DNA of 64,000 bases, from assembly GCA_964016885.1 (NCBI GenBank), contig OZ024745.1, positions 96,596,001-96,660,000 of the forward strand. The letters are read 5' to 3'. The position numbers and the translations under genes are program-made. Below, in pieces: positions 45,072-61,100 of the stretch (position 1 is its first letter; each line of letters begins with the position of its first letter). Source of the DNA: Eledone cirrhosa. Taxonomy: Eukaryota. A model generated the notes under the pieces. It saw nothing but the letters and a program-made list of their open reading frames with translations. It searched no databases and was not told the origin of the DNA.

Positions 45072-48000
45072 AATATAGACATAGAATATTCGAAAATATT
45101 CTGTATGTTTATAATAAACATTTTGAAGACCTAATCGCTATAGAATAGAATACGTCACGTATTACAATTAGATTCTCGATAAAAGCAAGGGAAGTAATCT
45201 ACGCGTTTCATTCTCGTTAGAATTCATCAGGACTACATATCCAGTGCTTTTATCGAGAATGACACAGCTAGAGACTTATAGAATACTTAGCTGTGTACAG
45301 GAACTGGTTTGAAAGAGCGGTTGCCGGTCCGGCAGAAATTAGAAATTGGAATAAATGCTCTGAAATAGCGATATATATGTGAATATAGACATAGAATATT
45401 CGAAAATATTCTGTATGTTTATAATAAACATTTTGAAGACCTAATCGCTATAGAATAGAATACGTCACGTATTACAATTAGATTCTCGATAAAAGCAAGG
45501 GAAGTAATCTACGCGTTTCATTCTCGTTAGAATTCATCAGGACTACATATCCAGTGCTTTTATCGAGAATGACACAGCTAGAGACTTATAGAATACTTAG
45601 CTGTGTACAGGAACTGGTTTGAAAGAGCGGTTGCCGGTCCGGCAGAAATTAGAAATTGGAATAAATGCTCTGAAATAGCGATATATATGTGAATATAGAC
45701 ATAGAATATTCGAAAATATTCTGTATGTTTATAATAAACATTTTGAAGACCTAATCGCTATAGAATAGAATACGTCACGTATTACAATTAGATTCTCGAT
45801 AAAAGCAAGGGAAGTAATCTACGCGTTTCATTCTCGTTAGAATTCATCAGGACTACATATCCAGTGCTTTTATCGAGAATGACACAGCTAGAGACTTATA
45901 GAATACTTAGCTGTGTACAGGAACTGGTTTGAAAGAGCGGTTGCCGGTCCGGCAGAAATTAGAAATTGGAATAAATGCTCTGAAATAGCGATATATATGT
46001 GAATATAGACATAGAATATTCGAAAATATTCTGTATGTTTATAATAAACATTTTGAAGACCTAATCGCTATAGAATAGAATACGTCACGTATTACAATTA
46101 GATTCTCGATAAAAGCAAGGGAAGTAATCTACGCGTTTCATTCTCGTTAGAATTCATCAGGACTACATATCCAGTGCTTTTATCGAGAATGACACAGCTA
46201 GAGACTTATAGAATACTTAGCTGTGTACAGGAACTGGTTTGAAAGAGCGGTTGCCGGTCCGGCAGAAATTAGAAATTGGAATAAATGCTCTGAAATAGCG
46301 ATATATATGTGAATATAGACATAGAATATTCGAAAATATTCTGTATGTTTATAATAAACATTTTGAAGACCTAATCGCTATAGAATAGAATACGTCACGT
46401 ATTACAATTAGATTCTCGATAAAAGCAAGGGAAGTAATCTACGCGTTTCATTCTCGTTAGAATTCATCAGGACTACATATCCAGTGCTTTTATCGAGAAT
46501 GACACAGCTAGAGACTTATAGAATACTTAGCTGTGTACAGGAACTGGTTTGAAAGAGCGGTTGCCGGTCCGGCAGAAATTAGAAATTGGAATAAATGCTC
46601 TGAAATAGCGATATATATGTGAATATAGACATAGAATATTCGAAAATATTCTGTATGTTTATAATAAACATTTTGAAGACCTAATCGCTATAGAATAGAA
46701 TACGTCACGTATTACAATTAGATTCTCGATAAAAGCAAGGGAAGTAATCTACGCGTTTCATTCTCGTTAGAATTCATCAGGACTACATATCCAGTGCTTT
46801 TATCGAGAATGACACAGCTAGAGACTTATAGAATACTTAGCTGTGTACAGGAACTGGTTTGAAAGAGCGGTTGCCGGTCCGGCAGAAATTAGAAATTGGA
46901 ATAAATGCTCTGAAATAGCGATATATATGTGAATATAGACATAGAATATTCGAAAATATTCTGTATGTTTATAATAAACATTTTGAAGACCTAATCGCTA
47001 TAGAATAGAATACGTCACGTATTACAATTAGATTCTCGATAAAAGCAACCGCTCTTTCAAACCAGTTCCTGTACACAGCTAAGTATTCTATAAGTCTCTA
47101 GCTGTGTCATTCTCGATAAAAGCACTGGATATGTAGTCCTGATGAATTCTAACGAGAATGAAACGCGTAGATTACTTCCCTTGCTTTTATCGAGAATCTA
47201 ATTGTAATACGTGACGTATTCTATTCTATAGCGATTAGGTCTTCAAAATGTTTATTATAAACATACAGAATATTTTCGAATATTCTATGTCTATATTCAC
47301 ATATATATCGCTATTTCAGAGCATTTATTCCAATTTCTAATTTCTGCCGGACCGGCAACCGCTCTTTCAAACCAGTTCCTGTACACAGCTAAGTATTCTA
47401 TAAGTCTCTAGCTGTGTCATTCTCGATAAAAGCACTGGATATGTAGTCCTGATGAATTCTAACGAGAATGAAACGCGTAGATTACTTCCCTTGCTTTTAT
47501 CGAGAATCTAATTGTAATACGTGACGTATTCTATTCTATAGCGATTAGGTCTTCAAAATGTTTATTATAAACATACAGAATATTTTCGAATATTCTATGT
47601 CTATATTCACATATATATCGCTATTTCAGAGCATTTATTCCAATTTCTAATTTCTGCCGGACCGGCAACCGCTCTTTCAAACCAGTTCCTGTACACAGCT
47701 AAGTATTCTATAAGTCTCTAGCTGTGTCATTCTCGATAAAAGCACTGGATATGTAGTCCTGATGAATTCTAACGAGAATGAAACGCGTAGATTACTTCCC
47801 TTGCTTTTATCGAGAATCTAATTGTAATACGTGACGTATTCTATTCTATAGCGATTAGGTCTTCAAAATGTTTATTATAAACATACAGAATATTTTCGAA
47901 TATTCTATGTCTATATTCACATATATATCGCTATTTCAGAGCATTTATTCCAATTTCTAATTTCTGCCGGACCGGCAACCGCTCTTTCAAACCAGTTCCT

Positions 48001-49498
48001 GTACACAGCTAAGTATTCTATAAGTCTCTAGCTGTGTCATTCTCGATAAAAGCACTGGATATGTAGTCCTGATGAATTCTAACGAGAATGAAACGCGTAG
48101 ATTACTTCCCTTGCTTTTATCGAGAATCTAATTGTAATACGTGACGTATTCTATTCTATAGCGATTAGGTCTTCAAAATGTTTATTATAAACATACAGAA
48201 TATTTTCGAATATTCTATGTCTATATTCACATATATATCGCTATTTCAGAGCATTTATTCCAATTTCTAATTTCTGCCGGACCGGCAACCGCTCTTTCAA
48301 ACCAGTTCCTGTACACAGCTAAGTATTCTATAAGTCTCTAGCTGTGTCATTCTCGATAAAAGCACTGGATATGTAGTCCTGATGAATTCTAACGAGAATG
48401 AAACGCGTAGATTACTTCCCTTGCTTTTATCGAGAATCTAATTGTAATACGTGACGTATTCTATTCTATAGCGATTAGGTCTTCAAAATGTTTATTATAA
48501 ACATACAGAATATTTTCGAATATTCTATGTCTATATTCACATATATATCGCTATTTCAGAGCATTTATTCCAATTTCTAATTTCTGCCGGACCGGCAACC
48601 GCTCTTTCAAACCAGTTCCTGTACACAGCTAAGTATTCTATAAGTCTCTAGCTGTGTCATTCTCGATAAAAGCACTGGATATGTAGTCCTGATGAATTCT
48701 AACGAGAATGAAACGCGTAGATTACTTCCCTTGCTTTTATCGAGAATCTAATTGTAATACGTGACGTATTCTATTCTATAGCGATTAGGTCTTCAAAATG
48801 TTTATTATAAACATACAGAATATTTTCGAATATTCTATGTCTATATTCACATATATATCGCTATTTCAGAGCATTTATTCCAATTTCTAATTTCTGCCGG
48901 ACCGGCAACCGCTCTTTCAAACCAGTTCCTGTACACAGCTAAGTATTCTATAAGTCTCTAGCTGTGTCATTCTCGATAAAAGCACTGGATATGTAGTCCT
49001 GATGAATTCTAACGAGAATGAAACGCGTAGATTACTTCCCTTGCTTTTATCGAGAATCTAATTGTAATACGTGACGTATTCTATTCTATAGCGATTAGGT
49101 CTTCAAAATGTTTATTATAAACATACAGAATATTTTCGAATATTCTATGTCTATATTCACATATATATCGCTATTTCAGAGCATTTATTCCAATTTCTAA
49201 TTTCTGCCGGACCGGCAACCGCTCTTTCAAACCAGTTCCTGTACACAGCTAAGTATTCTATAAGTCTCTAGCTGTGTCATTCTCGATAAAAGCACTGGAT
49301 ATGTAGTCCTGATGAATTCTAACGAGAATGAAACGCGTAGATTACTTCCCTTGCTTTTATCGAGAATCTAATTGTAATACGTGACGTATTCTATTCTATA
49401 GCGATTAGGTCTTCAAAATGTTTATTATAAACATACAGAATATTTTCGAATATTCTATGTCTATATTCACATATATATCGCTATTTCAGAGCATTTAT

Positions 49499-49504
<6 letters not shown>
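45072..49504. mobile_element. Inverted tandem array of a 310-bp non-LTR retrozyme-like unit (about 6.4 + 7.9 copies, 14 HHRs)
   Basis: Exact 310-bp period (45071, 45381, 45691...). Strand switch at a GCAA microhomology (47045-47048). (TA)n on both sides; one HHR per unit. Confidence 0.92.
47133..47175 (+). ncRNA. Minimal type I hammerhead ribozyme (first of 8 plus-strand copies at +310 bp; 6 minus-strand copies from 45194-45236)
   Basis: GTAGTC-CTGATGA-attct(aacg)agaat-GAAA-cgcg-TA^GATTAC; predicted cleavage between 47169 and 47170. Confidence 0.92.
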
Positions 49505-49562
<58 letters not shown>

Positions 49563-49668
49563 AGTGTAACTCGGAGTTACTGCAGGTTCACCCGGGTGAG
49601 CGAAACGCGCGTCACCTACCAATAAATGTAATGAAGGAGTAACCAATCGTCCTTGTTTTCCTTTCAAT

Positions 49669-49759
<91 letters not shown>

Positions 49760-50336
49760 TAGGAATATAAAAGATAACAACAACGCAGGAGTACAAGTTA
49801 TAAGTGGTATTAGGTTCACGCTTAGGGATAGTGGGGTTGTATGTATATGTGTGTGCGTGTGTGCGTGTGTGTAGTACGTACCATCATCTTCATTGACCAC
49901 TCCTGCCTTATTCTTCCCCATCACCTCACTGAGAGTTATGGTTCAGCGAGCTATCAACCAGACGCCGGAGTTGGCAACGCCTAAATCTAAATTTACGCAT
50001 CCCCTTAATAGAAGTAAAACAACTTCCAGATGCGTCTGACATATTCTTATTATCACTTTAACTGACCATCGTCTACCAGACACAGCTAATTCCCCTGACG
50101 AAACTGTTGGATATCAAGTTGCAACCGACCAGCTCCCTGTTAGGATTATATGCTTTAACTGTACATACATATATGCACATGTATACATACGTATATATAT
50201 GTATATACACACACATATATATATGTAGGATTGTAAATAAAGGATTGTAAATAAAACGAATAAATCAGACAAAGTTGGAATTCCTCTTATTAATATAATC
50301 TTCTATACACAATCATACACACCCGTGTATATTTAC

Positions 50337-50426
<90 letters not shown>

Positions 50427-50543
50427 ATAATAATAATAGTAATAATAATAAATTTGAAGACTAAAATCCAAATAGGGCTCGATAAGGATAAATATATATC
50501 AAATATATAAGAACAGTAGAGCAAATATTTATTAATATTTTAA

Positions 50544-51713
<1,170 letters not shown>

Positions 51714-51719
51714 ATATAT

Positions 51720-51772
<53 letters not shown>

Positions 51773-51776
<4 letters not shown>

Positions 51777-52687
51777 TACTTGGGGAGGGTCATATTTGTG
51801 TAATATTGCCAGAATTAATAACAGAACACACTCACTGTTTGGTTGGTTTTCGCTTCTCGCTGACTTTTATATCTGCGATCTAACTTACTCGGTCCTCAAT
51901 GTTGCCATTGACTGACCGACGGTCAAAAATAATACAGATACAATATAGACACAAACACATATATATAGTTTACATAATTTACATAAATCTTTCGTTGCAC
52001 ATCTGCAACATCGTCAGTGGTGTTATATTTTTTCCTCCTGTTGTGTTGTATGTCTACGCCATTTTTTATTCAGTCTGTCTATATATTTATTTATTTATTT
52101 GCTTGTTTGTTTATTTTATTTTGTCTTCTTTGCGCATGCGTTTGCGTGTGTGTATAGTGTTATGTTTGCTGTGTGACTAGTGTGTATAGTGTTGTGTCTG
52201 CTGGGTGACTAGTGTGTGTTTATGTGCTTGTTGTTATTGTGCTTGTGTATGTATTTATTTATCTTATTTTATTTTATTTTATTTACTTATTTATACTTCT
52301 CTTAGGTCAGTGTTGTTTGTTTGGGTATTGTTGTTGTTCCAACAACACCCAAACAAACAAGCAAATAAATAAATAAATATATAGACAGACTGAATAAAAA
52401 ATGGCGTAGACATACAACACAACAGGAGGAAAAAATATAACACCACTGACGATGTTGCAGATGTGCAACGAAAGATGTATGTAAATTATGTAAACTATAT
52501 ATATGTGTTTGTGTCTATATTGTATCTGTATTATTTTTGACCGTCGGTCAGTCAATGGCAACATTGAGGACCGAGTAAGTTAGATCGCAGATATAAAAGA
52601 CAGCGAGAAGCGAAAACCAACCAAACAGTGAGTGTGTTCTGTTATTAATTCTGGCAATATTACACAAATATGACCCTCCCCAAGTAT

Positions 52688-52691
<4 letters not shown>
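51773..52691. mobile_element. Long fold-back insert in (TA)n with an HHR-like core
   Basis: Inverted arms of about 340 bp (51773-52110 and 52351-52691). CTGACGA-tgttgca(gatg)tgcaac-GAAA at 52446-52473; stem I not evident. Confidence 0.7.
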
Positions 52692-52759
<68 letters not shown>

Positions 52760-52897
52760 TATATGTATGTATATATACATGTGTATGCATTTATCTTTTT
52801 CGGATTTAGCTGTCGAAACGTCTGGAGCTCAGCCGTCGGGGTCTTAAATGTTTTCATATACATACATATATATATGTATGATGCATGTAGATATTTA

Positions 52898-52947
<50 letters not shown>

Positions 52948-53568
52948 CGTGTGTGCGTGTGTGTGTGCGTATGTATCTATATGGGTGTGCGTGTATGTGT
53001 GTATGTTTGTGGGTGTGTGCATCTGCATGTGTGCCCTGCTGTAGGTATTTGAGCTGGAGTTGCAAAGTGATACATTTATTGTAAAGAGATGTTGACTAAA
53101 TGAAAGTAAACAGTCATTGAAGAACCGTTCGTGGAAACGCATAAAACCTCGCAAACAATTAGTCTGATCACTTGATGGGTGAAATTGACTAGACAAGAAG
53201 ACTCTCGCAGGATTGTTTTCACAATTCTTTTTAAAATCTGTATATCACGCTGAGGTAACTATTTGCCTTCCTTCTTTAAATACTAATGGTGCTTTCAAGT
53301 TTGTTTAAGGCGAAATGGGGAATGAGAAAGAGTACAATCATTCAGTTAATGCTTCTTTCAGTATTTCTTTATGGTCTTTAATGTTCAAATGTTCAGAGGG
53401 TTTTTTCTTTATATGAAATTCAATCATTCTCTAATAAATAATATTATTCTCCTTCCAAAATTCTCACTTATTTCATCAATCTATTTCCCTTTACTCTCCA
53501 TCTCTGTCAGTCTGTCTGTCTGTCTGGCTCTCTCTCTCTCTGGCTGTCTGTCTGTCTGTCTGTCTCTC

Positions 53569-53628
<60 letters not shown>

Positions 53629-53704
53629 GCTCGCTCGTTCTCTCTCTCTCTCTCTCTCTCGCTCTTTCTCTCTCTCGCTCGGTCGCTCGTTCTCTCTCTC
53701 TCTC

Positions 53705-53769
<65 letters not shown>

Positions 53770-53784
53770 ATCTATCTATCTATA

Positions 53785-56700
53785 CAGACACCCCCATCCC
53801 ACCAGACACCCCCTCCCCACCAAACATCTCCGTCCCCAGTCTACCGGAAACCACCACCCACCCAGAGAGCCCCCCCCCAACACCCCCATGGAACTTGAGC
53901 GACCAACTCTCCAGGAAACGAAAAGGTGAGTGAACTCTTCCTTTTCTTTTCCAACTCTTCCTCACCGACATGGCGAATATAATAGTCAGTTGTGTTAATG
54001 TGCGCGGCCTGGGGATGCCCTGGAAACAGGGAAACTCTTAAACGACCTCAGGTCGCACAGTATGGTTGTAATTACCATCTGCGAGTCCAGGATCCACAGC
54101 GAGCGACAGCTGGCTCCCATCTTCGATGACTATGCGATCTACGCATCTCTATGTCAGCCGGGAGGTGGGGCGGGGTTGCCGTTTTGCTGAGGAAACACCT
54201 GGGCCTCGTAACACAGACGGTACATGTGGACCCGGAGGGTCGACCGGTGGTCCTAGACGTTGACGGTAGTGAAGGTGGAGCCCTCAGGTTGGTGGCCGCA
54301 TATGCCCCATCCAGGACTCCACGGCCAGACTTCTTCAAACGTCTAGAGACTTTTCTGGGAACGTCCCGCTCCTAGCTTTTAGTGGGGGACTGGAATGGAA
54401 TCCTAGATGCACGTTGGGACTATGTGGGAGCTTGTCCCGATAAAGGGGAGTGTAGCAGCCTCAAACAGTTAATCGGCCGATTTGACCTGGCCGATAGATA
54501 TTGACTAGATTTTCCGACTGTGCCACTGTGGACGTGGACTAATCTTGGCGGAACATCTAGATCGTACCTAGATAGGGTTCTAATTAGAAATAAGGATAGA
54601 GACATGTTAAGCTGTCCACAAATGTCCATGGTTGCCTATTCAGATCACAAATTAGTGACCTGCATGGTCAACCTTGATAGAACTCATAGACAGCGACCCG
54701 GCTACTGGGAGCTGAACTTGTCGTTACCGACATGCAAAGACTACAGTAGACGGATTAGCACTTTAGTTAAACAACACTTGACAGGGGCCATTGTCAACAA
54801 CAAATGGTGGTACTCTCTCAAGAGGGCAGTTAGATTAGACTCGTTAGTTTTTAGTAAAGAATTAGCGTTAGATAGAAATAGGACCGAGAAGGAACTGGTA
54901 GATAAAGTAGAAGAGGCAATTAGAAGTGGCAACGTAGCCAGCGTGCTAGCAACGCGAACGGCCTTGGACCAGTTCTTCGACGCAAAGCACGATGCTGCGT
55001 TGTCAGAAGCAAAATACGTGCTCTGGGTAACGAGGGAGCCAAATCTGTTAGCTGGGCCCGAGTGACGGAGGCGAAAAGTGACAGCAAGTCCACGATTCGG
55101 TCTTTGAAGGACCAAGACGGACGCGTGATACGTGAGCCGAAGCAGATGTGCACGGCCTTTCAGCGGCACTTTGCTCAACTATTCGGGCAGGGCAGCACGC
55201 CGGGAGGGGCTATGGATTTTGGTCCATACCTCGACGGTCTGCCGCGACTTTCGGACAGCGAGGCGAATTTCTGCGAAAGGCCGATTTCAGCCGCTGAGAT
55301 AGGGGACGCGCTGAGCCAATGCCGCAAACGCAAATCTCCAGGTCTCGACGGTCTACTCTACGGATTTTACGTAGCAATGCCGGACTTGTTCTCCGGTCTC
55401 CTGGAAGCGGTCTACTGCAACTGGCAGCAGAACGGGAGAATTCCCAGTTCTGTGACCAAGGGCGTAGTCACGCTAGTCAGGAAGGACGGGAATAAGGGGG
55501 ATGACATAGGAAACTTCCGGCCCATAACTCTGCTAAACACAGAGTTACAGATTTTGGCCAAGGTGTTGGCAAAGAGGCTGGCGCTTGTCGTAAAAATCCT
55601 GGTGGGAGAAGCGCAGACATGCACGACAACCTCCACCTCATGCGATACATCGTAGAGATGGTTGGGTGAAAACCCGGGTTCGGTGGGGCCCTGATGAACT
55701 TGGATCAGTCTAAGGCTTTCGATAGGGTTGACCATCGTTACCTTGATGCCGTACTCGAGGCGGCAGGATTTGGACCTGTGTTCAGGGGCTGGATTGCTGC
55801 AATGCACAGCAGCAACATCTGCTCAAGGGTCAAGGTGATCGGATACATCTCGGAGCCGTTCCATATCACGCGATCCATCAGACAGGGATGTCCTCTCTCC
55901 TCCCTTCTGTACGTACTGACTCTCGAGCCACTACTGCGGAAGTTGGAGCTATTGCAGGGCATCCCTTTGGAACCGGGACTGCGAAAAGCGGCGTCGGCCA
56001 ACGCCAACGACGGGACAGTAATGGTGTCGAGCACCTAGCAAATCGGGGAGATCGGCACCTTACTGGAGGAATACGAAAGGTTCACAGGAACGAAGCTGAA
56101 CCGGGACAAATCCTCCAGTTTGCAACTCGAAACGTGGAGAGGCAAACCGATGCCTGCCGATGGCGTCGTCGGACGCTGGACGGAAGGACCGGTAAAGCTG
56201 CTCGGGTTCTGGTTTGGTTCGGACATCCAGGTGGAGAAGAACTGGAACGAGGTAACGGCCAATGTGTTTGCACTCACCCAGAACTGGCCCGAGTGCAAAC
56301 TATCCTTGAAAGGTCGAGCGGAGGTGGCGAACACTTTTATAGCGTCTGTCATCTACTACCGCTTGACCGTCGTGCCTTGTCCAGCCAAAACGCTCACCAA
56401 AATGGAGCGCGCGCACTTCCAATTCCTTTGGAAGAAACGGGCTCCTTTGGTGAGAAGATCCATCGACTGCCAACACCCTTCAAACGGAGGGCTGGGGATG
56501 CCGTGGCTGACGATGCGCAAACACGCGCTCAGGCTGCGGCACCTCCACGCATTCCTCACCAGACAACCGGTGTGGGCCCCGTTCGTGAGGCGAGCCTTCC
56601 CACGACTCGTCTCGCTGACCGAGCTGTAGTCCTGGGTCAAGCAAAGACCGAGGAAAATGGGTGACTGGCACATCGAATGTGCTCAGGCGCTCACAGTCCT

Positions 56701-57612
56701 CAGGCAAACGGACCCGGCGATCAGTGGAGACTCCACTTCGACATTCTATAGAGGGTTGGTCCGCAGCAAGTGCGACGACAAGCTCGGAGAAACTCTAGGC
56801 GTAGAGGAGGACGAACTGGCCAGTCTGTTCGGTAGGACCTTCCGCCCGGGACCAATGGAAACTTCTAAAAGTCCCTGGCCTGGCAGTGCTACCGAGGAGC
56901 TCTACCAGTTCGAGACAAGGTCTACAGACACGGGCGCCCGGGTAGGGACCCTTCGAAAAAGATCTGTCCGAGATGCGGGCGCGACGAGGAAACCGTCGCG
57001 CACGCATTTGTACACTGCCCGGGCGTTACCCACCTGTGGGGCTATGTAGAACGACTATTGTCGCGGGTAAGACCAATCCGGTTGACCACCGACACCATTG
57101 TCATGATCAAACCGCCACCCTCCTTCAAAAATGAGGGAGAGGCGGTTTTCCTTTGTGTTATGGCTATGGTGAAAGAGGTTATATGGTGGACGAGGTTAAA
57201 AGGGCTGAGGTCAGACACCTTTCTCTCCGGCGAGCAACTGATTCGTTTTTTCAAATATCATTTTGGAAGAAGAATCAGGATGGAGAGAGAGGTGCTGTAC
57301 CCCAGCAAATTTTATAAAAGGTGGGTGAATGTGGCAAAGATGGCCCGAGTGGTTGGGGCTTCTCTCTATATAAGCCTGTAGATTGCGGAAAAATAGGAAG
57401 AGTGGAAGGGAGTACTCACTCTTGGTGCTCCTGGAGTTGAGGGTTGTACATTTTTTCGGGGTGTGTACAACCCCTGTGTAACGCCTCCCCCCTATTGGGG
57501 ATATCAATTGTTATTTGTTATTTTATTAATAGTTTTATTTTCATATACCTGTATGTAAACTCCCCATTTGTATTTGTCCCCTTCTTTTGTGCCCTTGTGG
57601 CTAATAAAGAAA
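53785..57612 (+). mobile_element. Tx1/L1-clade non-LTR retrotransposon, degenerate, flanked by (TATC)n
   Basis: ORF2 remnant, 3' UTR, AATAAA at about 57603, then (TATC)n. (TATC)n also lies immediately 5'. Confidence 0.88.
53970..57381 (+). pseudogene. LINE ORF2: APE endonuclease, reverse transcriptase and CCHC (frameshifted)
   Basis: MANIIVSCVNVRGL, YAP, GDWN, SYLDRVL, SDH, KSPGLDG, NFRPITLLN, LDQSKAFDRVDH, RQGCPLS, and C..C...EET..H....C. Confidence 0.92.
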
Positions 57613-58130
57613 TTTATCTATCTATCTATCGTAATATATGTGCCCTATCTATGGTAATATATACGCTCTTGTGGCAAAGAAAGATATCTATCGAAATATA
57701 TGTGTAGTAGTTCTATATTTTCGTATGCTGTATATAATTGTGAATCACGGGATTTTGGTGATGCACCTATCTATGTATTTTTTTGTTATCATTCTCAGAG
57801 CTTCTATTATTATAATTATTGTTTCTGTTTTCATCATCGACATTGGGATTATTTCTATCTCTAGATATTTATATTTGGATATTTCCTTCATTTCCGTGGT
57901 AGATATATCATCATCTGTTGGGATTTATACACCAATTAGAAGATTTTTTTTTCTTTGTAGTCTTTGACTATAATATCCGGTCGGTTGGCTTTGATCTTCA
58001 AGACTGTTTGTTTTCTTTCCTTGTTTCCGTTTTGTGTTGGTTTATTGTTGTTTTAGTCGTTAGTATTCAGAACTTGTAAACTCTACGTGTTGTGCTGTGG
58101 TTGTTTTTCAACTAGTTGCAGTTTTTACAA

Positions 58131-61100
58131 ATGGCTCCAGTGTTAACAAATAAATTAATATAATAAGGGTGGTGCCCCAGCATGGTCTCAGCCGGGTGGC
58201 TGAAATATTAACACCACTAACAAGAAAATAAACAACGACAACACCAACAGCAACAATACAAATTGAACCGAAAACAACAACAACGGTGGCACCAAAAACA
58301 CAACCAACTACAACAGTGATAACAGCAACAACACCAGCAACACCGTTTGTAGCAGTAGCAACAGCAACAGCAGCAACAAGACCAGTAGCAGCAGTAGCGG
58401 CAGCAATAATGGTGCCGCTGAAAAAGGGGCCGCTTCTTTCGCAGGTGTGGCCCGAAATATAGAGACAGTGCTAGTCACAGAGGAGGAGATGGCAGTCGCA
58501 AGTGCCATGGTGTCGAGAAACGACAATAGAGTTTCCCTGAAACCTCCACCCGATTTCTTCAAAGACCAACAGCTGCGCACGGTGACTTACTGCACCGTAA
58601 GCAAAATGTCACATCGATGGAGAGAGCCATGGAGGCTCAAATCCAAAAGGCCTTGAGGTGCGTCTGGGCGCGCAAAACCCACATCACCCGAGGCAAAAAG
58701 TACGCCATAGTAGACGTACTTTTCGCCACGCTCCAAGAGGCGAAGTCAACAACAGGTGGTGGTTTACCCTGAAAAGGGCTATTAGAATAGAATTGGTAAG
58801 GTTTAACAAAGGAGTAGTGATAGAGGAAAATAGAGTAGAGGGAGAGTTAGTTGGAAAACTAGAAGAGGCGTTTAGGACAGGCATCGCAACCGACGGGCTT
58901 ACGGCGAGATTGGCACTCGACCAATTCTTCAACGCAAAGCATGTAGGCTGCGTTGTCAGAGTGACAGCGCGTGCTCTAAGATACAAGGGACGAAAGACGT
59001 TCAAAAGGCCCGGGTGGTGGAGGCGCGCCGTGGCACCAACCACAATTCGGTCTTTGCCTGATCAAAACGGGCGCATGCTGCTCGAACCCGAACAAATGTG
59101 TGAGGCTTTTTGCTCAATCGTTCGGGAGCAGCGGCGGCCCGCATCGGAGTATGGACTTTGGTGCATAACTTGACGGACTGCCACAGTTCTCTACGACCGC
59201 AGCGCAGTGCTGCGAAATGCCGATAACAGCAGCTGAAATACGGGAAGCGATGTGCGACTGCACGAGGGGTATATCGCCAGGTTTGGATGGTCTTCCTACG
59301 AGCTTTATGTGTATATGCCAGACTTGTTCGGTGATCTCTTGACAGATGTCTACTGCAACTGGCAGCAGAACGGGAGCATTCCCAGTTTTGTGAGCAGGGG
59401 AGCGGTGGCGCTGCTGAAAAAAGACCCGAACAAGGGGGACGTTATAGACAACTTCAGGCCCATAACTCTGCTATACGCAGAGTTTAAGATTTTGGCCAAG
59501 GTGTTAGCAAATAGATTGGTGCTTGTCGTCGGTTATCTGGTGGGAGAGGCGCAGACATGCGCCATTCCGGACAGATCCATCCACGACAACCTCCATCTCA
59601 TGCGATACATCATAGAGATGGTGGTTAAGGAACCTGGCATGGGTGGGACCCTGATCAACTTGGATCAATCTAAAGCATTTGATAGGATTGACCATCAGTA
59701 CCTGGCTGCGGCCCTCGAGGCGGCCGGCTTCGGGCCCGTTTTTAGGGGCTGGATCGCTGCGATGCACAGCGACATCTGCTCGATTGTGAGGGTGAAGGGT
59801 CACCTGTCGCAGCCTTTCAGCATAATGTGCTCAGTCCGCCAGGGTTGCTCCCTCTGGTCACTCTTGTACGTACTGGCCCTCGAGCCGTTACTGCAAAAAT
59901 TGTAGACGATGAGGGGGGGGGGGGGGGGCTCCCACGCGAACTGGGATGTGGGAGACCCTGTCAGCTTACGCCGACGACGTCACCGTGGTGGTGTCGAGCA
60001 CCAAACACGTCCAGATGCTCGGCACGCTCTCAAGGAATACGAAGCGGTGACGTCCGACAGCGTCGTTTGGCACTGGACGGAAGGACCGGTTAAATTGCTC
60101 GGGGTCTGGTTCAGTCCGGACTTCCAGATGGAGAAAAACTGGAGTGAGGTGACGAGAAGGGTGGCCTATCTCACCCAGAAATGGGCCGAGAGGAGGCTGT
60201 CTCTCAAAGGTCGGGCGGAGGTGTCGAATGCGTACATAGCGTCCGTCATCTGCTACCGCCTGACCGTCGTACCGTGCCCCCACCCAACTCTGACCAAAAT
60301 GGGGCGCCTTCTCTTCCGCTTTTTGTGGAAGGGACGTGCTCCCATGGTCAGACGATCCCATTTGCTGTCAACACCCGTTGCGTGGAGGACTAGGCATGCT
60401 GAGGCTGATGATGCGCATACATGCGCTGAGGCTGCGACATCTCTGGTGCTTCCTTGATGGTGAACAGGTGTGGTCGCCGTTCGCCAGGCACGTTTTCCCA
60501 CAGCTCGTCTCCTTGACGGAGCTGCAGTCCCGGGTCAGAAAAAGACCGAGGGATAGCGCTTGGAAACTGGAATGTCTCCAGGCGCTCACTGACCTCTGCC
60601 AGCTGGGCACCAGTATCGGTGGAACATCCACCTCGGCGTTCTATAGAGGACTAGTGGAGGGGAAGTGCGACGACATTGTCGGTGAGATCCTGGGCGTCGA
60701 AGAAGATCAGCTGTTTGCTCTATTCCGGAGAACTTTCATCCCGGGGCCTATGGATAACTTCCAAAAATCCCTGGTCAGGCAGTGCTACCGGGGAGCGCTG
60801 CCGGTCCGAGATAAGCTCTACAGGCACGGAAGTGCCGTCAGCCGAGCCTGTCCGAGATGCGCGCAGAGCGACGAAACCGTCGTGCACGCACTCGTTCAGT
60901 GCCCGAGCATTGCTGACTTGTGGAGCTATGTCGAACAGTTGCTATCGCGTGTGGGACTGATCCGGTTGTCAACTGAGTCCATTGTGCAGATGGTCTCGCC
61001 GTCTTCCTTCGAGGAGGAAGGGAAGGCGGTTTTCATCTACCTGGTGGCCATGGCGAAAGAGATTGTGTGGTGGACAAGGTTAAAAGGGTTAAAGACAGAC

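Noticed and set aside
45072-49504. CRISPR array or ordinary satellite interpretation
   Set aside because: There are no unique spacers or cas genes and the context is eukaryotic. Each unit carries a complete HHR and the array follows the shared insertion architecture.
50088-50148. CTGACGA...GCAA degenerate HHR
   Set aside because: Core mismatch (GCAA) and poor stems I and III; at best a relic.
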